A stretch of DNA of 53,190 nt from assembly GCA_016235455.1 (NCBI GenBank), contig JACRKZ010000126.1:1-53190 (forward strand), given 5' to 3'. This stretch comes from Armatimonadota bacterium. Its GTDB lineage: Bacteria; Armatimonadota; UBA10988. The translations under genes were made by a program, and so were the position numbers. Numbering within the stretch: position 1 is the stretch's first letter; each line of letters starts with the position of its first letter. The notes beneath the pieces were generated by a model, which was not told the origin of the DNA, did not search any database, and saw only the letters and a program-made list of their open reading frames with translations. Shown piece by piece: positions 1-9,626 of the stretch.

Positions 1-795
1 TTCTACGCCAAGGCCGGATCGGCCGAGTGGACGAAGATCGACGCCGAAGCCAGCGCAGGCGACTCCTCGGAAGACAAGGACAGCAAGGACGGCAAGGCCA
101 AGCCGGACAAGTCGACCAAGAGCGACAGTTCGACCAAGGACAAGCCGAGCACCTCACCCAAGCACTCGACGGACAAGCCCAGTTCGAGCAATGCCGTTGG
201 TGCCGTGGCCCCATCGGCGCGGCCCGCGTCCAGTCAGCCGCGCCCGCTGCAGATGGAGGCACCTCCTCCGTCGGCACGCAGTGCGCGCAGTGGTCGGCCC
301 AGCTTCCTGGACAAGGCGCGCAAGCACGAGGCCAATGCCGAGAAGCCGACCGTCGACGAGGACCTGTCCGAAGAGGAGCTCGAATGGGACACCAGTAAGC
401 TGCCGGACGGCTTGTACGTGCTGAAGGTCGTGGCGTCGGACGCCAAGCGCAACCCCGACGATCCCAAGACGGTGGAGGTCCTGTCCACTCCGTTCACAGT
501 GGACAACTCCGCTCCGGTGGCCGCCTGGCAGGCGCCGACCGAGGCCAAGCCCTTGCCGGCCACGTTCGCGTTCCGTGACACGCTCTGCTGGATCAGCAGC
601 GCCGAGTACCGGTTCGACGACGGCGATTGGCTTGGCTGGGTACCCAGCGACGGTCTCTGTGACCGCCCGGAGGAGACCTTTGCCGCGCCGAAGCTGCCCA
701 AGGAGCCCGGCGACTACACGCTGCAGATGCGCGTTCGCGATGCGGCGGGCAACGTGCTGCGCGCAGAGTGGCCGGTGAAGGTGGCTGCGCCCTGA
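1..795 (+). CDS. C-terminal part of a large, probably secreted protein with Ig/FnIII-like beta domains (5' truncated)
   Basis: Frame 1 is open from base 1 (FYAKAGSAEWTKID...). A Ser/Lys/Asp-rich linker is followed by WDTSKLPDGLYVLKVVASD...FTVDNSAP and G-x-Y-T-L-x-x-R-V-R-D-A-A-G-N, typical Ig-like motifs. Confidence 0.6.
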   Translation, partial: FYAKAGSAEWTKIDAEASAGDSSEDKDSKDGKAKPDKSTKSDSSTKDKPSTSPKHSTDKPSSSNAVGAVAPSARPASSQPRPLQMEAPPPSARSARSGRPSFLDKARKHEANAEKPTVDEDLSEEELEWDTSKLPDGLYVLKVVASDAKRNPDDPKTVEVLSTPFTVDNSAPVAAWQAPTEAKPLPATFAFRDTLCWISSAEYRFDDGDWLGWVPSDGLCDRPEETFAAPKLPKEPGDYTLQMRVRDAAGNVLRAEWPVKVAAP

Positions 796-844
796 CCAAC
801 GCGCACCGTGCGCGCTGATGCTCTCGTCGCGGGCCTGCCGGGCG

Positions 845-873
845 TTGACACCCGGCAGGCCCGCTGCTACTAT
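845..873 (+). promoter_or_regulatory. sigma70-type promoter
   Basis: TTGACA (845-850), 17-bp spacer, TG-extended TACTAT (868-873), then an SD-like AGGGGAG before GTG 893. Confidence 0.75.
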
Positions 874-892
874 CCACAGGGGAGATTCGTCG

Positions 893-1573
893 GTGAAGGT
901 TCGCCTCGTTGCTATCACGGCTGTCTGTCTGGCGCTTGCGGGCTGCCAGAAGAGTGGTCCTACCCAAGCGCTTCTGACGAGCACCGATCCGGCGCAGCGC
1001 GCCGCGGCGGCGACCGCGTTGTCGGGCACCAACCCGGCGGCGAAGAACGCCAAGGAGATTGTGACGGCACTGGCCATGGCCACGGCCGACACCGACAAGA
1101 CCGTCCGCAAGGCGGCCATCCAGGCGTTGGCGAAAGTCGGCGGGCCTGACGCTCGCCAAGCGCTGCTTGATGTGGTGCGTGGCCGTCAGTACACTCGCGC
1201 CGCCCTGGAGCAGTACAAGGCCATCGCCGACAAGCACCCCGACGTGCCCGAGGTCCTGGCTGGCCTGGCCAAGGCGCAGACCGACCTTGCTCAGTACGCC
1301 GAGGCCGAGAAGAGCCTTGACTCGCTGAACCGGATCGCCGACGCCCTCGACCCGCAGCAGGCGGGCCGCTTCATGAACGACCTGCGCATGGGCTACGAGA
1401 ACCTGCGCATGGTCTATCAGCGCACCAACGACAAGGTCGGCGCGGAGCGGGTCGGCAAGGCGGCGGATGCCGTGAGCGCCAAGCTCCAGGCCATGCCGCA
1501 AGGTGGCGGCATGGGTGGCATGTTCGGAGGGCCCGGTGGCGGCATGCCCGGCGGCATCCAGCTCCAGCCGTAG
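893..1573 (+). CDS. HEAT-repeat/TPR lipoprotein
   Basis: Start GTG 893 after the SD. Signal MKVRLVAITAVCLALAGC has a lipobox. HEAT motif D-x-D-x-x-VRKAAIQALAKVG, a TPR-like helix pair and a Gly/Met/Pro-rich tail. Confidence 0.7.
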   Translation: MKVRLVAITAVCLALAGCQKSGPTQALLTSTDPAQRAAAATALSGTNPAAKNAKEIVTALAMATADTDKTVRKAAIQALAKVGGPDARQALLDVVRGRQYTRAALEQYKAIADKHPDVPEVLAGLAKAQTDLAQYAEAEKSLDSLNRIADALDPQQAGRFMNDLRMGYENLRMVYQRTNDKVGAERVGKAADAVSAKLQAMPQGGGMGGMFGGPGGGMPGGIQLQP

Positions 1574-3560
1574 TCGCCGCGAGCGCCTGGCTCTGGCGGG
1601 CCTGCTGGTCTATCTCGTCGGACTGGGCGGCACGCTGCCGGTCTTCATCGTCGAGCCCGATCTGGCTTGGCTCAGCCTGTTTCTACTCGTCGTTCCGGCG
1701 GCCCTGGCGCTTTGCTGTGTCCGCCTGCCCGCGCGTCTGAGCGCTGTCCTGGTCAGCCTGGCCGCCTTGGCCATTGCCTCCTGTGCGAGCGGCGTCTACC
1801 CTCGGGCCGGTTGGGAAGCCACGCTGTGGCTGACCGTCTGGCTGGGCCTGCTGGTTGTCGGGTACCGCACGGTACGCTCGGCCGCACAGGTCGATGAGGC
1901 GCTGGCCGTGGTCGTTCCCGCGGTGGCGCTGGTCAGCTTGGTCGGCGCGCTGCAGGCGCTCGGCAAGCTGCCCATCATGCCTGCGTACATGACCGAGCAC
2001 GGCCGCACCCGGGTCCTGTCCACGCTGAACCACCCCAACAATCTCGCCAGCTACCTGGCCTTGACCTTGCCCCTGGTGCTATCGGCCGCGGGCGTGGCCG
2101 CCGTGCGCCGCCGTTGGTCGCTGCTGGTCGGCCACCTGGTCATCGTCCTGGCCATGCTGCTGTGCGGCGCTGCCACGTACTCGCGCGGTGGCCAACTCGG
2201 CATCGCCGCCGGCCTGCTGACCTTGGTGCTGTGTTGCGCGGCCGCCATGCGCATGCGCCGTCGCACCGCCGTGCTCGCAGTGATCGTGCTGGCCGTTGTG
2301 GCGGGCGGGTGTCTGGCCAGTCCGTTGGGCCATCGCTTTCGTCTGGCGTTGGCCGGGATCGGCCATCTCGGTGACGATCAGCGCGCGGGCACCTGGCGCG
2401 CGGCCACGGCCATGGTGGCGGAGCGGCCGTGGCTCGGCGTGGGGCCAGGCGCTTTCTTCGTGTCGTTCGCCCGCGCCAAGGCCGCCGGCAACCATGCCGA
2501 GCTGTTCACGCACGCGCACAACTGGTACTTGCACACCGCCGCGGAGGGAGGTCTGCCTGCGCTGGCGCTGCTGCTCTACCTGCTCGCGGGTGCCGCGCAG
2601 GCCGCGTGGCGCGCCTGCCGGAATGGCACCGGTGTGACGCAGCGCCTCACGGCCGCGGGCCTCTGCGCCGGCACCATTGGCTATGCGGTAGCGGGCTTGC
2701 TGGATGTCAGCACGGGCGTGCCAGCAGTGGCCGTGACGGCTTGGCTGGTGCTCGGCATGGCCTGGGGGCTGACTGAGAGTGCACAGCCGCGGACAGTGTG
2801 GGGCAGAGCGCCCGGTTGGGCCGTGGCCGCGCTGCTACTGGTGCTGTTCGCCACTTGGACTGTGTGGAACCGTGGCCACCAACACTACCAGCGGGCTTTG
2901 GCCGCGTGGTGTACTGGCGCCTGGTCCCACGGAGCGGCCGAGTTGGAGCGCGCGCGCGCGCTGGACCCCGGGCAGCGCGCCTATCTGCTGGTGCGCATCG
3001 ATCTGGCTCAGCTCGCAGGGCGCGCGGACCTTGCGCAGGAGATGCTCGCCCGCTTGGAGCGGCGTGGTCAGTTGACCGATTCCCCGTACCGGGTGTTGCT
3101 GGCCGAGCTGCGCGCGCGCCAGGGCGACCAGGAGGGCGCTCTGGCCGTGCTGCGCCACACCGCCGAGGTCACGGACCGTGCCCAACCCGCGGTCTGGAGC
3201 GAACTGGGCTGGTCGAGCCTGGAGTCGGACGCGACGGCCGCGCGCGTGGCGTTCGAGCACGCGCTCGCCCGGCATCCTGAGCAACTGAGTGCGACCATGG
3301 GCCTGGCGGCGCTGGCGGCCCGCCAGCAGGAGCCGGCGCACGCGGTGACGCTGCTGGCCGGCGCGGAACAGATCGGCCTGGCACGCGACCGGCTGCCACG
3401 TCTGCTGGTGGGCTATGGCCGGCTGGACCCGCTGCTCGTGGTGCCAATCGAACAGCGCGGCCACTTTCGCCGTTCGCGGTACTCCTGGCATGGCGCCGTG
3501 CTACCGGCGCTGACAGCGTCGCTCTACGCAGAGTGGGCCGAGTCCTCGCCCTGGCGCTAG
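1503..3560 (+). CDS. O-antigen ligase (Wzy_C) family membrane protein with C-terminal TPRs
   Basis: Many TM helices; motifs TLNHPNNLASYL, TYSRGG, RPWLGVGPGAF and HAHNWYLHTAAEGG. Start uncertain (1503 or 1536). Confidence 0.8.
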   Translation: MAAWVACSEGPVAACPAASSSSRSRRERLALAGLLVYLVGLGGTLPVFIVEPDLAWLSLFLLVVPAALALCCVRLPARLSAVLVSLAALAIASCASGVYPRAGWEATLWLTVWLGLLVVGYRTVRSAAQVDEALAVVVPAVALVSLVGALQALGKLPIMPAYMTEHGRTRVLSTLNHPNNLASYLALTLPLVLSAAGVAAVRRRWSLLVGHLVIVLAMLLCGAATYSRGGQLGIAAGLLTLVLCCAAAMRMRRRTAVLAVIVLAVVAGGCLASPLGHRFRLALAGIGHLGDDQRAGTWRAATAMVAERPWLGVGPGAFFVSFARAKAAGNHAELFTHAHNWYLHTAAEGGLPALALLLYLLAGAAQAAWRACRNGTGVTQRLTAAGLCAGTIGYAVAGLLDVSTGVPAVAVTAWLVLGMAWGLTESAQPRTVWGRAPGWAVAALLLVLFATWTVWNRGHQHYQRALAAWCTGAWSHGAAELERARALDPGQRAYLLVRIDLAQLAGRADLAQEMLARLERRGQLTDSPYRVLLAELRARQGDQEGALAVLRHTAEVTDRAQPAVWSELGWSSLESDATAARVAFEHALARHPEQLSATMGLAALAARQQEPAHAVTLLAGAEQIGLARDRLPRLLVGYGRLDPLLVVPIEQRGHFRRSRYSWHGAVLPALTASLYAEWAESSPWR

Positions 3561-4450
3561 GATGAGGGCGTAGGCAGCTGCACGAGCCACTGAGCGCGTC
3601 GCGGCACGGGCGCATTGAAGGTCAGTTCACCGCCGCCCGACCGCGCCAACATGCGCGCCACGCTCATGCTGCTGCCGCCGTGGGAACGGCCCGATGCGCT
3701 CTGGAAGAAGGGTTCTTCGACTCGCCTGCGCAGGTCGTCGATGTCGCCGTCGGTCAGCGCGTCGACGCGCAACTGCACCATGCCATCGGCCGCCTTGGCG
3801 GTGACCATGACGGTCGTCTCAGGCGCGGCAGCAGTCATGGCTTCGTTGATGACGTTGCTCAGGATGCGCTGCAAGACAATGGGCTCGGACATGATCAACT
3901 GGTCGGCCAGCCCCTCGGCCTCCACCACCAGGCTCGGATCGGGGGTACCCGCGGCTTGCAGAGCAGCCTCATCCAGCGCCTCGCTCAAGCTGATCAGTGA
4001 CGGCGGCTCGCTCATGGCCCGACCGATAGCGCGCAACTGCTCAGCCAAGCCCACGGCTCGGCGGCAGGCGTTCTGCAGGTCCTCGATGAGGACGTAGTCT
4101 TCGACGGCCACTTCGGCGATGTCGCCAAGCACCTCGGCCACACTCGATCCGACGTGGAGATGGTTGTTCAGTTCGTGCACCAGACCGCGCAGCGCGATGC
4201 CCATGTCGTCGAGCGCGACTCGTGCCGGGCACGAACTGACCAGACGGCCGGCAGGGGTCAGTTCGACGCTGACGGAGCCAGTGCCGGCCAACTCGATCTC
4301 GGCCACACCGGCGCCAAGGTCGGCGGAAGCCACCTCGGCCGCCAGTTGCGCGGCGTCGAGCGTAGCGTACCGCGCGTGCCATGCGGCGTTGGCCCAGGCC
4401 ATCACGCCGTCACGGCCGAACAATGCTATGGGGGCCGTCCTGTGCTGCAC
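3557..4450 (-). CDS. Cytoplasmic sensor histidine kinase-like protein (PAS-like, HisKA, degenerate HATPase)
   Basis: H-box LVHELNNHL, N-box LQRILSNVINEA, F-box EEPFF, N-terminal PAS-like WANAAW. Confidence 0.7.
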   Translation of the reverse strand: MQHRTAPIALFGRDGVMAWANAAWHARYATLDAAQLAAEVASADLGAGVAEIELAGTGSVSVELTPAGRLVSSCPARVALDDMGIALRGLVHELNNHLHVGSSVAEVLGDIAEVAVEDYVLIEDLQNACRRAVGLAEQLRAIGRAMSEPPSLISLSEALDEAALQAAGTPDPSLVVEAEGLADQLIMSEPIVLQRILSNVINEAMTAAAPETTVMVTAKAADGMVQLRVDALTDGDIDDLRRRVEEPFFQSASGRSHGGSSMSVARMLARSGGGELTFNAPVPRRAQWLVQLPTPSS

Positions 4451-4542
4451 GTCCTGCTGCTCCCGTCTCGCGACTCACGTATGATGGTATACCGTCTGCG
4501 CAGCCCCAAGTAACATCCATGTTGGCGACGTGTGTGACATGC

Positions 4543-6600
4543 CTATGACGCCGGATCGCCGGCCGCTGATCGGCAGACAACGACCAGCGTCGTATCGTCG
4601 AACGGTGCCGTGGCGCCGACGTGGCGCTTCACGCTCGCCATGAGCGCCGCGGTCAAGGCAGAGGCGCCGCCGTGCGGGCCGCTGGCCACAGCGGCCAGAA
4701 GGCGGTCGGTGCCGAACGCCCGCTCATCTGCGTCTAGGGCGTCGGTGATGCCGTCGGTGTACAGCACCAGCGCATCGCCCGGCTCGATGGTCAGCGTGCC
4801 GGTGCCGATGGGCGCGGCGTCGACCACGCCAAGCGCCATACCGCGTTCAGAGACAAAGGTGGCCGATGCAGCACCGGCGCGCCACAGGATGGGCGGCAGG
4901 TGGCCAGCACAGGCGTAGTCCAGCCGGCCGGTGAGCGGGTCGAGCAGGCCGTGGAAGACAGTGACGAACAGGTTGGAGTTGTTCACCGCCACCAGGCGGC
5001 TGTTCAGGTCGGCCAGCGTCTCCGCCGTCGGACGGCGCCCCGCACCGCAGGCGTAGTAGAGGCTACGGCAGACGACCATGAACATCGCCGCGCCGAGCCC
5101 CTTGTCGGCGACGTCGGCGATGATGAAGGACACGCGGCCGTCGTCCAATGCGTTGAAGTCGTAGAAGTCGCCACCGACCTCATGGGCCGGCTCGCTGGCG
5201 CCGTCCAGGTCGAAGCCGTGGCAGACGAGCGGCTGGGCGGGAAGCAGGCTCTGCTGCACGGTGCGCGCGACGTCCAGTTCGTTGGCTACCCGGGCCTGCT
5301 CCCGCTCGCGCTCGACCGCGGCGGCGCGGGCCGTGGCCACCGCGGCAGTGGTGGCCAGGCTGCGCAGCAGCAACAGATCGGCCTCGCCGAAGGGATGCCC
5401 ACTGGCGGAGACCAGGCATACCGCGCCGAAGCAGCGCTTCTGGTCGTCCAGGAGTGGTGCGGCCATGGCCGAGTCGCGGTCACCGCCGAGCGCCTCATCG
5501 AGGCTGGGCACCGGCGCGCCGGTGCTCGAGTCACCGTTGCGCAGCACTGCCTCCTGGTTGGCGACGGTCCAGCCCGTGAGGCCCGCGGCGGTCGCCATCC
5601 TGCGGCCGGCGAGCCGTTGCGCGGCTGCCTCGGCGGCGGCGGAGGCCACTTCGAAGACGAGATCGCCCGTGCTCGGGTCGACCAGTGCCAGACAGGCGCC
5701 AGCGGCGCCGAACATGCCGCGCGCCCGGTCGACGATGCACTGCAGCACCTCGCGCAGCGTCGGCGCGGAGAGCAGCGCCTCGCTGATCTGGTGCAGCGCC
5801 TGGCGTTCGGCCGCGCGCCGATGCTCGGCCAGGCTGGCGACCACGGCGCGGCCGGCAATGACGCCCAGCAGGCAGATGCAGGCCAGGAGCGGCAGGGCCA
5901 TGGCCAGACAGAAGCGCGTGAAGCGATGCAGCGCTGGGCGCACGGCCTTGGCGCGCTCCGTGGAGACCGTGACCCGCCCTTGTACACGGCCAAGCTCCAC
6001 GCTGCTCTGACCCACCAGGCGCGCCGCGGTGTGCCTGGGCGCGGTCTCGGCGGAGTCGCTTGGCCCGGTGTCCAGCGTGGTGGTGGCGCCCAGGCCGGTG
6101 TCAGTGCTGCTCGGCTCCACCACGCGGCGCAACGGCTGGGCGACGATGTAGGGCGTGCGAATGGTGTGTTCGACCACCACAATCAGCCAGGGCGCATCCG
6201 CTGGTCCGCGGACGGCCACCTTGGCAGGCGGCAGCGGGCTCAGCAGCCCATCCGGCGGCCGTTCGGCCGAGGTGTTGGTGGCCAGCTCGAACCGGTCGGC
6301 CCCCACCTGGCGATAGACCGCCGCGCCAAATGGCAGACGGGCCAGGCGGATGCCCTGGCTCAATGGCATCCCGCAAGACTCAAGATCGAGCACCAGCACC
6401 GCGCCAGCATGACAGCGGGCCAGCGCGTCGCCCTTGGCGCGGCTGAGCATCGCCAACTGGTCGGCCACAACGTGGTCGTACTCGTCGATGATGTCCTGCC
6501 AGCCGAGAGCGGTGACCACCGCGGCGACCAGCAGTGTGCTGAGGGTGATGGCCAACGCCGGCGCCATAGACTTGGCGAGCGCGGCGCGCTCGGCACGCAT
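4543..6600 (-). CDS. Membrane-bound GAF + SpoIIE/PP2C phosphatase (RsbU-like)
   Basis: Two TM segments, a GAF domain, and VGGDFYD, IADVADKG, CAGH, LYTDGITD and DDTT motifs. Confidence 0.9.
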   Translation of the reverse strand: MRAERAALAKSMAPALAITLSTLLVAAVVTALGWQDIIDEYDHVVADQLAMLSRAKGDALARCHAGAVLVLDLESCGMPLSQGIRLARLPFGAAVYRQVGADRFELATNTSAERPPDGLLSPLPPAKVAVRGPADAPWLIVVVEHTIRTPYIVAQPLRRVVEPSSTDTGLGATTTLDTGPSDSAETAPRHTAARLVGQSSVELGRVQGRVTVSTERAKAVRPALHRFTRFCLAMALPLLACICLLGVIAGRAVVASLAEHRRAAERQALHQISEALLSAPTLREVLQCIVDRARGMFGAAGACLALVDPSTGDLVFEVASAAAEAAAQRLAGRRMATAAGLTGWTVANQEAVLRNGDSSTGAPVPSLDEALGGDRDSAMAAPLLDDQKRCFGAVCLVSASGHPFGEADLLLLRSLATTAAVATARAAAVEREREQARVANELDVARTVQQSLLPAQPLVCHGFDLDGASEPAHEVGGDFYDFNALDDGRVSFIIADVADKGLGAAMFMVVCRSLYYACGAGRRPTAETLADLNSRLVAVNNSNLFVTVFHGLLDPLTGRLDYACAGHLPPILWRAGAASATFVSERGMALGVVDAAPIGTGTLTIEPGDALVLYTDGITDALDADERAFGTDRLLAAVASGPHGGASALTAALMASVKRHVGATAPFDDTTLVVVCRSAAGDPAS

Positions 6601-7296
6601 CTAGCGGCCCGATCCGAGCAGGTGCGCCGGGTAGTCGTTGCACAACAGGTGGCGCGGCGCCACATCTTCTTCGATGGACGGGAAGCGACCAACGCCGTCG
6701 AGGAAGCGGTTGTCCGTGTGGTCGTCGTTGACCGCCGACACTTCGCCCATGATGCAGGGCGGCCCGCCGGGCTCGCCCCAGAAGGTGTGGTAGACGCGTG
6801 GTTCGAGAGTGATGCTCTCACCGACGCCGAGGACGACGGTCTCGCCGGCGGCAAACTGGCGGCGTATGCCGTCCATGGCGACCACCACGGGGGCATCGGC
6901 CAGGCCGTCTTGGTCGTCGGCGTTCCACAGCCGGATGACCATGCGGCCGCCGGCGCGAACGATGATGTCTTCGGTCTTGTGCCAGTGGAAGTGCGTCGGC
7001 AGGACCTGCTCGGGGCCGCTGACCAGCAGCTTCTCCGCGTAGGTCTTGCGGCTCACTGGCTCGGTCAGCCGGCCGTTGCGCAGCGTGAAGAGCAGTAGGC
7101 CGATCCGCTCGTAGTCGCCGCTGCCGAAGTCGGTCAGGTCCCAGCCCAAGCCGTGCCAGGCGATCTCGGCCGCTTCGCTGCCCACGTCGTTCCAGCGTTC
7201 CGGCGGCCAGGCAGCCCACGGCGGCAGAGCGATGTGGTATTCGGCGAACAGCGCCTCGGCGGCGGCCATGTACCGGTTGATCTCGGAGCGCTTCAT
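6601..7296 (-). CDS. D-lyxose/D-mannose family sugar isomerase
   Basis: MKRSEIN start; LGWDLTDFG, LFTLRNG, YAEK, HFHWHKTEDI and GEVSAVNDDHTDNRF motifs. Confidence 0.92.
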   Translation of the reverse strand: MKRSEINRYMAAAEALFAEYHIALPPWAAWPPERWNDVGSEAAEIAWHGLGWDLTDFGSGDYERIGLLLFTLRNGRLTEPVSRKTYAEKLLVSGPEQVLPTHFHWHKTEDIIVRAGGRMVIRLWNADDQDGLADAPVVVAMDGIRRQFAAGETVVLGVGESITLEPRVYHTFWGEPGGPPCIMGEVSAVNDDHTDNRFLDGVGRFPSIEEDVAPRHLLCNDYPAHLLGSGR

Positions 7297-7312
7297 AGGA
7301 CCACCTCGTCGG

Positions 7313-8197
7313 CTAGAGCACGCGCTTGGCGTAGAGGAACAGGATGGGCGCGTTGATGATCAAGGAGTCGATCCGGTCGAGTACGCCACCATGGCCAGGG
7401 AACAGACCGCCGTAGTCCTTCACCTCGGCCTCGCGCTTGAAGATGCTGGCGCCCATGTCGCCGAGTTGGCCGGCCAGCCCCAGGATGGCGCCCAGCACGA
7501 AGCGGTGCAGGATGGCCCGGGTTGAGTAGCTGTCGGCCGCGCCGACGCGCAGCGCCGGGCCGATGTGCAGGAGCGCGCCGAACAGCAGCGAGGCCAGGGC
7601 CGCGCTCAGGACCACGCCGACCAGGCCTTCGTAGGTCTTGTTCGGGCTGACCGTGCCTTCCATCTTGTGGCGGCCCAGGAGCTTGCCAAAGACGAACCCG
7701 CCGACATCGGAGATCATGGTCACCGCGAGGAGGTAGGCCAGCAGCCTGAAGCCGAGCGGCGCGTCCCAGCGGCCGACCGCGGCGGTGAGGTCAGGTTCGA
7801 GGTTGCGCAACAACACCAGCACGCTGGGCAGCAGGCCGCAGTACATGCACCCAAAGACCGTCATGCTGATGGCCGCCGTGGGCGTGCGCGAGGTGGTGTT
7901 GAGGTGCAGCCCGAAACTGCCCAGCAGGGCGAGCAGGATGAGCGACATGATGGCCAGCCCGTGACTCTCGGGATCGTTGGCGAAGTAGAACGCCGACAAC
8001 ACGAAAGCCAGGCAGACGGGATAGCCCACCTCCACGGCCAGCCGCACGCGTCGCCGCGAGGCCACCCAGCGGAACTCGTAGAAGGCCACCCACGACAGCG
8101 CCGTGACGGCGATAGTCAGCGGCCAGCCGCCGAGGATGCACAGCACGAGCCAGGCAACCAGGTAGAGCGCACCGGTCACGACGCGGGGCGGTAGCAT
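7313..8197 (-). CDS. cdsA: Phosphatidate cytidylyltransferase
   Basis: SPNKTYEG and GDMGASIFKREAEVKDYGGLFPGHGGVLDRIDS signature; multi-TM. Confidence 0.92.
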   Translation of the reverse strand: MLPPRVVTGALYLVAWLVLCILGGWPLTIAVTALSWVAFYEFRWVASRRRVRLAVEVGYPVCLAFVLSAFYFANDPESHGLAIMSLILLALLGSFGLHLNTTSRTPTAAISMTVFGCMYCGLLPSVLVLLRNLEPDLTAAVGRWDAPLGFRLLAYLLAVTMISDVGGFVFGKLLGRHKMEGTVSPNKTYEGLVGVVLSAALASLLFGALLHIGPALRVGAADSYSTRAILHRFVLGAILGLAGQLGDMGASIFKREAEVKDYGGLFPGHGGVLDRIDSLIINAPILFLYAKRVL

Positions 8198-8955
8198 CAG
8201 GCGGACTCCAATCGCTCACGCACCCAGTGGTACTCCGCTCGCGTCCGGACGCGCACGGCCAGTTCGGCGTGCGGCGCCACCTGCAGCACACACGGCGACC
8301 CTATGACCTCGGACACCCGGCGCGCCACCTCGTCGAGCCGCGCGCGCCCTGCCTTGAGCTTGATCGAGAAGCCCACACCCAGAGTCTTGACCAACTCCGC
8401 TTGGGCCATACTGTCCGCCACCAACCGCGACAACAGCGCGTGGTGGTTGGCCAGCGCCGCCGGTCGGATAACCATCAGCGGCGTGAATGTCACGTTGTCC
8501 GGCCCCAGGGCGGTGGTCGGTACGGGTGGCAGGTCGGGCATCTCGGCTTCGACCCGCTCAGCGCGCACCAGCGCCACGGTAACGGCCGCCTCGGCCGGCG
8601 CGTGGGCCAGGAAGTGCTCGACCATCTCAGTGGTCAGCAGCGGGGCGTTGGGGCGCCAGAGCAGGAGCTCCTCGCAGTCGCCGTAGCGCTCCAGCAGGCT
8701 TTCGACCAACGTGCGGACGGGATCGTCCAGCAAAAGGGTTTCGTCGCAGTGCGTCGTGGCCACCGCGTGCTGGCCGTAGGCGGTGGGCCCAGCCAGGACG
8801 ACGCGCTCGACATCGCCGCAGGCCGCCAGCGCGCGGGCCGCATAGTCGACCAGGGGCCGACCCGCGGCAGGCAGCAAGCCTGGCGCGCCCGCTCGACCGC
8901 TCAAGGCGTCGTCGAGTTTGTCCGTCTCCAACAAGATGGCCGTGGCCATCGGCAC
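8197..8955 (-). CDS. NTP-transferase (MobA-like) domain protein, possibly degenerate
   Basis: LLPAAGRPLVDY and PLLTTEMVEHFL resemble the nucleotidyltransferase fold. The canonical LAGG...K motif is replaced by ILLE. Confidence 0.6.
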   Translation of the reverse strand: MPMATAILLETDKLDDALSGRAGAPGLLPAAGRPLVDYAARALAACGDVERVVLAGPTAYGQHAVATTHCDETLLLDDPVRTLVESLLERYGDCEELLLWRPNAPLLTTEMVEHFLAHAPAEAAVTVALVRAERVEAEMPDLPPVPTTALGPDNVTFTPLMVIRPAALANHHALLSRLVADSMAQAELVKTLGVGFSIKLKAGRARLDEVARRVSEVIGSPCVLQVAPHAELAVRVRTRAEYHWVRERLESA

Positions 8956-9000
8956 CCTCCCTCGCGCGCCCTTCTTGGCGAGCAGCGATGCGATTCCTTC

Positions 9001-9609
9001 TCAGTCGGCCAGCAACTCCGGCTGGTCACGCAGCAGCGCCACCATCAGCGCCAGCGCCTGGCCGCGATGGCTGAGCCGGTTCTTCGTCGGCGAATCAAGT
9101 TGGGCCGCGGTGCCGTCCGCGTCCGCCGGCTCGAACACCGGGTCGTAGCCGAAGCCGTTCTCGCCCCGGCGCGGTCCGCGCACGGTGCCTTCCCAGGCGG
9201 CTTCACGCAACACCACCGCGCCATCGGGCCGCGCCAGCGCCATGGCGCAGCGAAATCGGGCCGCGCTGCTCGTCTGGCCGTGGTCGGCGAGCTCGGCCAG
9301 CAGGCGCTCGCAGCGCTCGGGGTCGGTCAGCCCAGGGCCGCCATAGCGTGCCGAGTAGACCCCCGGCCGCCCATCGAGCGCGTCGACCACCAGGCCACTG
9401 TCATCGGCCAGCGCCGGCAGACCGAGCGCCGTGGCGGTGGCCACGGCCTTCTTGGTGGCGTTGCCCGCGAACGTGTCGGCGTCCTCGACCACGTCGGCCA
9501 GGTCCGGCCACTCGGCCAGGCTGCGCACGTCGATGCCGCTACCGGCAAGCATCTCGGCCAGTTCGCGGACCTTGCCGGCATTGCGCGTGGCCAGCACTAG
9601 CGTGGGCAT
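9001..9609 (-). CDS. rdgB: Non-canonical purine NTP pyrophosphatase (XTP/dITPase)
   Basis: LATRNAGKVRE, ADDSGL, PGVYSARY, GFGYDPVF and KNRLSHRG motifs. Confidence 0.95.
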   Translation of the reverse strand: MPTLVLATRNAGKVRELAEMLAGSGIDVRSLAEWPDLADVVEDADTFAGNATKKAVATATALGLPALADDSGLVVDALDGRPGVYSARYGGPGLTDPERCERLLAELADHGQTSSAARFRCAMALARPDGAVVLREAAWEGTVRGPRRGENGFGYDPVFEPADADGTAAQLDSPTKNRLSHRGQALALMVALLRDQPELLAD

Positions 9610-9626
9610 GGGTGGTACCTCCGGGG

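Noticed and set aside
4900-7098. Long antisense ORFs (e.g. 4900-7098 +, 21404-24004 +, 28435-30195 -, 38049-39602 +)
   Set aside because: They are shadows of real genes on the opposite strand, expected from high-GC codon bias, and have no recognisable motifs.
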